Source: the human T2T-CHM13v2.0 reference genome, Homo sapiens. From it: 64,000 nt of DNA. How positions within the stretch are numbered: the first letter of the stretch is position 1; each line of letters begins with the position of its first letter. The stretch lies in NCBI RefSeq assembly GCF_009914755.1, contig NC_060933.1, one strand, 5' to 3'. The position numbers and the translations under genes are program-made. Below the pieces are notes generated by a model. It had not been told where the DNA came from and did not search any database. It saw only the letters and a list, made by a program, of their open reading frames with translations. Shown in pieces: positions 54,971 to 64,000 of the stretch.

Positions 54971-57900
54971 ACGGAATGGAATGGAATGGAATGGAATGAA
55001 CCCGTGTGCAATGGAATGGAATGGAATGTAATGAAATCAACCCGAGTGCAATGGAATGGAATGGAATGGAAAGGAATGGAATGGAATGGATTCAACCCGA
55101 ATGGAATGGAAAGGAACGGAATCAACCCGAGAGGAATGGCATGGAATGGAATGGAATGGAATGGAGTGGAATGGTACGGAATAGAATGTAATGGAACGAA
55201 ACGGAATGGAATGGAATGGAATGGAATGGAATGGAATCATTCCGAGTGGAATAGAAGGGAATGTTTTCGAGTGGAATGAAAAGGAATGGTATCAACCAGA
55301 GTGGAATGGAATGGAATCGAATGGAATGGAAAGGAATAGAATGGAATCAACCCGAGTGGAATGGAATGGAAAGGAATGGAATGGAATGGAATGGAATGGA
55401 ATGGAATGGAATGGAATGGAATAGAATGGAAAGGAATCACCCCAAGTGCAGGGGAATTTAATGGAATGGAATGCAGTGGAATGGAATCATCCGGAATGGA
55501 ATGGAATGGAATGGAATGGAACGGAATGGAATGGAATCAACTCGATTTCAATGGAATGGAAAGGAATGGAATGGAATGGAATGCAATGGAATCGTACGGA
55601 ATAGAATGGAATGGAACGAAATGTAATGTAATGTAATGTAATGGAATGGAATGGAATGGAATGGAATGGAATGGAACGGAATGGAATGGAATGGGTTCAA
55701 CTCGAATGGAATGGAAAGGAATGGAATCAACACGAGTGGAATGGCATGGAATGGAATGGAATTGAATGAAATGGAATGGAATGGAATCGAATGAAATCTA
55801 ATGGAATGGAAAGGAATGGAATCAACACGAGTGGAATGGCATGGAATGGAATGGAATTGAATGAAATGGAATGGAATGGAATGGAATGAAATGTAATGGA
55901 ATGGAATGGAATGGAATCAACCCGAGTGCAATGTAATGGAATGGAATGGAATGGATTCAACCCGAATGGAATTAAAAGGAATGGAATATACCCGAGTGGA
56001 ATGGCATGGAATGGAGTGGAATGGAATGGAATGGAATGGTACGGAATAGAATGGAATGTAACGAAATGGAATGGAAGGGAATGGAATGGAATGGAATGGA
56101 ATGAACCCGTGTGCAATGGAATGGAATGGAATGGAATGGAATGGAATGGAATGGATTCAACTCTAATGGAATGGAAGGGAATGGAATCAAAGCGAGTGGA
56201 ATGGCATGGAATGGAATGGAATGGAATGGAATGGAATGGAGTGGAATGGAATGGTACGGAATAGAATGGAATGGAAAGAAATGGAATGGAATGAAATGGA
56301 ATGGAATGGAATGGAATGGAATGGAATGGAATGGAATGGAATGGAATGGAATGGAATGGAATTAACCCGAATAGAATGGAATGGAATGGAATGGAATGGA
56401 ATGGAATGGAATGGAATGGTACGGAATAGAATGGAATGGAACGAAATGGAATGGAATGAAATGGAATGGAATGGAATGGAATGGAATCAACCCGACTGCA
56501 AGGGAATGGAATGGAATTGAAGGCAATGGAATGGAATCATCCGGAATTGAATGGAATGGAATGGAATCAACTCGATTGCAATGGAATGGAATGGAATGGA
56601 ATGGAATGGAATGAAATGGAATGGAATGGAATTAACCCGAATAGAATGGAATGGAATGGAATGGAATGGAATGGAATGGAAGTAAATGGAATGGAATGTA
56701 ATGAACCCGAGTGCAGGGGAATGGAATGGGATGGAATGCAATGGAATGGAGTCATCCGGAATGGAACAGAAAGGAATGGAATGGAATGAACCCGTGTGCA
56801 ATGGAATGGAATCGAATGGAATGGAATGGAATGGAATGGATTCAACTCTAATGGAATGGAAGGGAATGGAATCAACGCGAGTGGAATGGCATGGAATGGA
56901 ATGGAATGGAAAGGAATGGAATGGAGTGGAATGGAATGGTACGGAATAGAATGGAATGGAACGAAATGGAATGGAATGAAATGGAATGGAATGGAATGGA
57001 ATGGAATGGAATGGAATGGAATCAACCCGAGTGCAGGGGAATGGAATGGAATTGAAGGCAATGGAATGGAATCATCCGGAATTGAATGGAATGGAATGGA
57101 ATGAACTCGATTGCAATGGAATGGAATGGAATGTAATGGAATGGAATGGAATGGAATGGAATGGAACGGAATTAACCCGAATAGAATGTAATGGAATGGA
57201 ATGGAATGGAATGGAATGGTACGGAATAGAATGGAATGGAACCAAATGGAATGGAATGAAATGGAATGGCATGGAATGGAATGGAATGGAATCAACCCGA
57301 CTGCAGGGGAATGGAATGGAATTGAAGGCAATGGAATGGAATCATCCGGAATTGAAAGGAATGGAATGGAATCAACTCGATTGCAATGGAATGGAATGGA
57401 ATGGAATGGAATGGAATGGAATGGAATGGAATGGAATGGAATGGAATTAACCCGAATAGAGTGGAATGGAATGGAATGGAATGGAATGGAATGGAATGGA
57501 AGTAAATGGAATGGAATGTAATGAACCCGAGTGCAGGGGAATGGAATGGAATGGAATGCAATGGAATGGAGTCATCCGGAAAGGAACAGAAAGGAATGGA
57601 ATGGAATCAACCCGTGTGCAATGGAATGGAAAGGAATGGAATGGAATGGAATGGAATGGAATGAAATGGAATGGATTCAACCCGAATGGAATGGAAAGGA
57701 AGGGAATCAACCCAAGTGGAATGGCATGGAATGGAATGGAATGGAATGGAATGGAATGGTACCGAATAGAATGGAATGGAACCAAATGGAATAGAATGGA
57801 ATGGAATGGAATGGAATCAACCCGAGTGCAATGGAATGGAGTGGAATGGAATGGAATGGAATGGAAACAACCCGAATGGAATGGAATGAAATGGAGTGTA

Positions 57901-58130
57901 AGGGAATTGAATACAATCAATCCGAATGTAATGGAATGGAATGGAACGGAATGGAATGGAATGGAATGGAATGCAGTGGAATGGAATCAAACCTAGTGCA
58001 ATGGAATGGAATGGAATGGAATGGAATGGAATGGAATGGATTCAATCCAAATGGAATGGAAAGCAATGGAATCAACCCGAGTGGAATGGCATGGAATGGA
58101 ATGGAATGGAATGGAATGCAATGGAATGGA
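54971..58130 (+). repeat. HSat3 sub-domain, dialect A (copy 4)
   Basis: GAACCCGTGTGC ~54998, 56103, 56788; TTGAAGGCAA ~56517, 57052, 57322; CAAACCTAG ~57988; no TCTTCCGG. Confidence 0.6.
55623..55642 (+). repeat. (GTAAT)4 variant microsatellite
   Basis: Four consecutive GTAAT units. Confidence 0.9.
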
Positions 58131-61100
58131 GTCATCCGTAATGGAATGGAAAGGAATGGAATGGAATGGAATGGAATGGAATGGAATGGAATGGAATGGA
58201 ATCAACTCGATGGCAATCGAATGGAATGGAATGGAATTACCCGAATAGAATGGAATGGAAAGGAATGGAACGGAATGGAATGGAATGGAATGGAATGGAA
58301 TGGAATCAACGCGAGTGCAGGGGAATGGAATGGAATGAAATGCAATGGAATGGAATCTTCCGGAATGGAATGGAATGGAATGGAATGGAATGAAAGGCAA
58401 TGGATTCAACTCGATTGCAATGCAATGGAATAGAATGGAAGGGAATGGAATGGAATAGAATTGAATTGAATGGAATGGAATGCCTTCAAACCGAATGGAA
58501 TGGAAAGGAATGGAATCAACACGAGTGGAAAGGAATGGAATGGAAAGGAATGGAATGGAATGGAATGGTACGGAATAGAACGGAATGGAACGAACTAGAA
58601 TGGAATGGAATGGAATGGAATGGAATGGAATGGAATGGAATCGTTCGGAGTGGAATAGGAGGGAATGTATTCGAGTGGAATGGAAAGGAATGGAATCAAC
58701 CAGAGTGGAATGGAAGGGAATGGAATGGAATGGAAACTAATAGAATGGAATCAACCCGAGTGGAATGGAATGGAAACGACTGGAATGGAATGGAATGGAA
58801 TGGAATGGAATGGAAGGGAATCAACTCGGTTGTAATGGAATGGAATGGAATGGAATGGAATGGAATGGAATGGAATGGAATTAACCCGAATACAATGGAA
58901 TGGAATGGAATGGAACCAAATGGAGTGGAATGGAATGGAATCAACCCGAGTGTAATGGAATGGAAAGGACTGGAATGGAGTGGAATGGAATGGAATGCAA
59001 TGGAATGGAATCAACTCGATTGGAATGGAATGGAATGGAATGGAATGCAATGGAATGGAATCTTCCGGAATGGAATGGAATGGAATGGAATGGAATGGAA
59101 TAAACCCGAGTGCAATGGAATGGAGTGGAATGGAATGGAATGGTATGGAACAACCCGAATGGAATGGAATGTAATGGAGAGTAAGGGAGTTGAATAGAAT
59201 CAATCCGAATGGAATGGAATGGAATGGAACGGAATGGAATTGAATGGAATGGAATGGAATGCAATGGAATGGAATCAACCCGAGTGCAATGGAATGGAGA
59301 GGAATGGAATGGAATGGAATGGAAACTACCCGAATGGAATGGAATGTAATGGAGTGTAAGGGAATTGAATAGAATCAATCCGAATGTAATGGAATGGAAT
59401 GGAACGGAATGGAATGGAATGGAATGGAATGGAATGGAATGCAATGGAATGGAATCAACCCGAGTGCAATCGAATGGAATCGAATTGAATGGAATGCAAT
59501 GGAATGGATTCAACTTGAATGGAATGGAAAGAATGGAATCAACACGAGTGGAAGGGCATCGATTGGAATGCAATGGAATGGAAACAACCCGAGTACAGGG
59601 GAATGGAATGGAATGGAATGCAATGGAATGGAATCATCCGTAATGGAATGGAAAGGAATGGAATGGAATGGAATGGAATGGAATGGAATGGAATCAACTC
59701 GATTGCAATCCAATGGAAAGGAATGGAACTAACCCGAATAGAAAGGAATGGAATGGAATGGAATGGAACGGAACGGAATGGAATGGAATGGAATGGAATG
59801 GAACGGAAAGGAATGGAATGGAATGGAATGGAATGGAATGGAATGGAATGGAATGGAATGGAATCAACGCGAGTGCAGGGGAATGGAATGGAATGGAATG
59901 CAATGGAATGGAATCTTCCGGAATGGAATGGAATGGAATGGAATGGAATGGAATGGAATGGAATGGAATGGAATGGAATCAACACGATTGCAATCGAATG
60001 GAATGGAATGGAATTAACCCGAATAGAATGGAATGGAATGGAATGGAACGGAACGGAATGGAATGGAATGGAATGGAATGGAATGGAACGGAACGGAATG
60101 GAATGGAATGGAATGGAATGGAATGGAATGGAATAAACCCGAATGCAATGGAATGGAGTGGAATGGAATGGAATGGAATGGAACAGCCCGAATGGAATGG
60201 AATGTAATATAGAGTAAGGGAGTTGAATAGAATCAATCCGAATGTAATGGAATGGAATGGAACGGAATGGAATTGAATGGAATGGAATGGAATGCAATGG
60301 AATGGAATCAACCCGAGTGCAATAGAATGGAGAGGAATGGAATGGAATGGAATGGAAACTACCCGAATGGAATGGAATGTAATGGAGAGTAAGGGAATTG
60401 AATAGAATCAATCCGAATGTAATGGAAAGGAATGGAACGGAATGGAATGGAATGGAATGGAATGCAATGGAATGGAATCAACCCGAGTGCAATCGAATGG
60501 AATCGAATGGAATGGAATGCAATGGAATGGATTCAACTTGAATGGAATGGAAAGAATGGAATCAACACGAGTGGAAGGGCATGGATTGGAATGCAATGGA
60601 ATAGAATCAACCCGAGTACAGGGGAATGGAATGGAATGGAATGCAATGGAATGGATTCATCCGTAATGGAATGGAAAGGAATGGAATGGAATGGAATGGA
60701 ATGGAATGCAATGGAATCAACACGATTGCAATCGAATGGAATGGAATGGAATTAAACCGAATAGAATGGAATGGAATGGAATGGAACGGAACGGAACGGA
60801 ATGGAATGGAATGGAATGGAACGGAAGGGAACGGAATGGAATGGAATGGAATGGAATGGAAACAACGCGAGTGCAGGGTAATGGAATGGAATGGAATGCA
60901 ATGGAATGGAATCTTCCGGAATACAATGGAATGGAATGGAATGGAATGGAATGGAATGGAATGGAATGGAATCAACTCGATTGCAATCGAATGGAATGGA
61001 ATGGAATTAACCCGAATAGAATGGAATGGAATGGAATGGAACGGAACGGAACGGAACGAAACGGAATGGAATGGAATGGAATGGAATGGAATGGAACGGA

Positions 61101-64000
61101 AAGGAATGGAATGGAACGGAATGGAATGGAATGGAATCAACGCGAGTGCAGGGGAATGGAATGTAATGGAATGCAATGGAATGGAATCTTCCGGAATGGA
61201 ATGGAATGGAATGGAATGGAATGGAATGGAATGGAATCAACGCGAGTGCAGGGGAATGGAATGGAATGGAATGCAATGGAATGGAATCTTCCGGAATGGA
61301 ATGGAATGGAATGGAATGAAATGCAATGGATTCAACTCGATTGCAATGGAATGGAATAGAATGGAATGGAATGGAATGGAATGGAATTAACCCGAATAGA
61401 ATGGAATGGAATGCAATGGAACGGAATGGAACGGAATGGAACGGAATGGAATGGAATGGAATGGAATGGAATGGTATGGAATGGAATGGAATGGTACGGA
61501 ATAGAATGGAATGTAACGAATTGTAATGGAATGGAATTGAATTGAATGGAATTGAATCAACGCGAGTGCAGGGGAATGTAATGGAACGGAATGCAATGGA
61601 ATGGAATCATCCGGAATGGAATGGAATGGAATGGAATGGAATAGAATGGAATCATCCCGAGTGCAATGGAATGGAGTGGAATGGAATGGAATGGAATGGA
61701 ACAACCCGAATGGAATGGAATGTAATGGAGAGTAAGAGAGTTGAATAGAATCAATACGAATGTAATGGAATGGAATGCAACGGAATGGAATAGAATGGAA
61801 TGCAATGGAATGCAATCAACCCGAGTACAATGGAATGGAATGGAATGGAATGGAATGGAATGCAATGGAATGCCTTCAAACCGAATGGAATGGAAAGGAA
61901 TGGAATCAACACGAGTGGAATGGAATGGAATGGAATGGAATGGAATGGAATGGAATGGAATGATACGGAATAGAATGGAATGGAACGAAATGGAATGGAA
62001 TGGAATGGAATTGAATGGAATGGAATCGTTCCGAGTGGAATAGGAGGGAATGTATTCGAGTGGAATGGAAAGGAATGGAATCAACCAGAGTGGAATGGAA
62101 GGGAATGGAATGGAATGGAAACTAATAGAATGGAATCAACCCGAGTGGAATGGAATGGAAAGGACTGGAATGGAATGGAATGGAATGCAATGGAATGGAA
62201 TCAACTCGATTGGAATGGAATGGAATGGAATTAACCCGAATACAATGGAATGGAATGGAATGGAACGGAATGGAGTGGAATGGAATGGAATCAACCCGAG
62301 TGCAGGGGAATGGAATGGAATCGAATGCAATGGAATGGAATCATCCGGAATGGAATGGAATGGAATGGAATGCAAAGCAATGGAATCAACTGGATTGCAA
62401 TGGAATGGAATGGAATGGAAAGGAAAACATTGGAATCAACCCGAGTGGAATGCAATGGAAAGGACTGGAATGGAGTGGAATGGAATGGAATGGAATGGAA
62501 TGGAATGGAATGGAATGGAATCAACTCGATTGGAATGGAATGGAATGGAATGGAATGGAATGGAATTAACCCGAATAAAATGGAATGGAATGGAATGGAA
62601 TGGAATGGAACGGAACGGAATGGAATGGAATGGAATGGAATGGAATGGAATGGAATGGAATCAACCCGACTGCAGGGGAATGGTATGGAATGGAATGCAA
62701 TGGAATGGATTCAACTTGAATGAAATGGAAAGAATGGAATCAACACGAGTGGAATGGCATGGATTGGAATGGAATGGAATGGAATGAACCCGAGTACAGG
62801 GGAATGGAATGGAATGGAATGCAATGGAATGGAATCATCCGTAACGGAATGGAAAGGAATGGAATGGAATGGAATGGAATGGAATGGAATGGAATCAACT
62901 CGATTGCAATCGAATGGAATGGAATGGAATTAACCCGAATAGAAAGGAATGGAATGGAATGGAACGGAACGGAACGGAATGGAATGGAATGGAATGGAAT
63001 GGAACGGAAAGGAATGGAATGGAATGGAATGGAATGGAATGGAATGGAATGGAATGGAATCAACGCGAGTGCAGGGGAATGGAATGGAATGGAATGCAAT
63101 GGAATGGAATCTTCCGGAATGGAATGGAATGGAATGGAATGGGATGGAATGGAATGGAATAAACCCGAATGCAATGGAATGGAGTGGAACGGAATAGAAT
63201 GGAATGGAACAGCCCGAATGGAATGGAATGTAATAGAGAGTAAGGGAGTTGAATAGAATCAATCCGAATGTAATGGAATGGAATGGAACGGAATGGAATG
63301 GAATGGAATGGAATGGAATGCAATGGAATGGAATCAACCCGAGTGCAATGGAATGGAGAGGAATGGAATGGAATGGAATGGAAACTACCCGAATGGAATG
63401 GAATGTAATGGAGAGTAAGGGAATTGAATAGAATCAATCCGAATGTAATGGAATGGAATGGAACGGAATGGAATGGAATGGAATGGAATGCAATGGAATG
63501 GAATCAACCCGAGTGCAATCGAATGGAATCGAATGGAATGGAATGCAATGGAATGGATTCAACTTGAATGGAATGGAAAGAATGGAATCAACACGAGTGG
63601 AAGGGCATGGATTGGAATGCAATGGAATAGAATCAACCCGAGTACAGGGGAATGGAATGGAATGGAATGCAATGGAATGGAATCATCCGTAATGGAATGG
63701 AAAGGAATGGAATGGAATGGAATGGAATGGAATGGAATCAACACGATTGCAATCGAATGGAATGGAATGGAATTAACCCGAATAGAATGGAATGCAATGG
63801 AATGGAACGGAACGGAACGGAATGGAATGGAATGGAATGGAATAGAACGGAACGGAACGGAATGGAATAGAATGGAATGGAATGGAATGGAATGGAAAAA
63901 ACGCGAGTGCAGGGGAATGGAATGGAATGGAATGCAATGGAATGGAATCTTCCGGAATGCAATGGAATGGAATGGAATGGAATGGAATGGAATGGAATGG
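58131..64000 (+). repeat. HSat3 sub-domain, dialect B (copy 4), ~3.0-3.4 kb higher-order repeat
   Basis: Landmarks at 58656 and 62041. GAACAGCCCG at 60181 and 63207. Eight TCTTCCGG elements. Confidence 0.65.
61183..61297. promoter_or_regulatory. Pair of HSE consensus sites 100 bp apart
   Basis: GGAATCTTCCGGAAT at 61183 and 61283, produced by a 100-bp duplication of the CAACGCGAG cassette. Confidence 0.45.

Larger units (their letters stand above)
1..64000 (+). repeat. Satellite III (HSat3-type) (GGAAT)n pericentromeric satellite array, human/hominid-like
   Basis: Continuous GGAAT pentamers from the first to the last base, punctuated by in-register decamers CAACCCGAGT / CAACTCGATT / TAACCCGAAT / CAACACGAGT. 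This fits the classical satellite III description, (ATTCC)n interspersed with A(T/C)TCGGGTTG. Long pure GGAAT runs rather than CATTCGATTC units argue against HSat2. Confidence 0.97.

Noticed and set aside
182-63962. Hundreds of ORFs up to ~360 aa (poly-MEWNG on +, poly-IPFHS on -)
   Set aside because: (GGAAT)n has no stop codon on either strand and yields the same pentapeptide in every frame of a strand. The ORFs overlap in all six frames with no domain content. Poly-WNGME is known from the SCA31 TGGAA expansion, but nothing here supports translation.
1-64000. CRISPR-like repeat/spacer appearance (conserved decamers separated by variable stretches)
   Set aside because: The intervening stretches are themselves GGAAT repeats, not unique spacers. 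There are no cas genes, and the context is eukaryotic satellite.
1-64000. HSat2, alpha satellite/CENP-B boxes, telomeric repeats, or Alu/L1 insertions
   Set aside because: I saw no 171-bp monomers, TTAGGG runs, poly-A tails, CATTCGATTC-dominated units or any extended non-pentamer sequence.
1-64000. Pathogenic TGGAA repeat expansion (SCA31-like) or a synthetic/assembly artefact
   Set aside because: The length, hierarchical variant structure and diverged paralogous modules fit a natural old satellite. There is no unique flanking gene sequence and the duplicates are not identical.

Overview
The whole 64-kb window is one uninterrupted array of GGAAT/ATTCC pentamer satellite. It is interspersed with CAACCCGAGT-type decamers and matches classical human/great-ape satellite III (HSat3), i.e. 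pericentromeric heterochromatin. GGAAT is on the + strand throughout, and I saw no inversion, transposon, RNA gene or credible CDS. All listed ORFs are translations of the repeat (poly-MEWNG / poly-IPFHS). The array is not homogeneous. It alternates between two variant 'dialects' (A and B domains), carries an irregular ~2.6-3.7 kb higher-order repeat in the B domains, and shows nested duplications from 50 bp tandem copies up to ~47 kb offsets. The most interesting signal is ~27 perfect heat-shock-element 15-mers (nGAAn-nTTCn-nGAAn, mostly GGAATCTTCCGGAAT), all found in B domains and most at a fixed position in a rigid cassette. Counts and boundaries were read by eye and are approximate. The chromosome and HSat3 subfamily cannot be assigned without a search.
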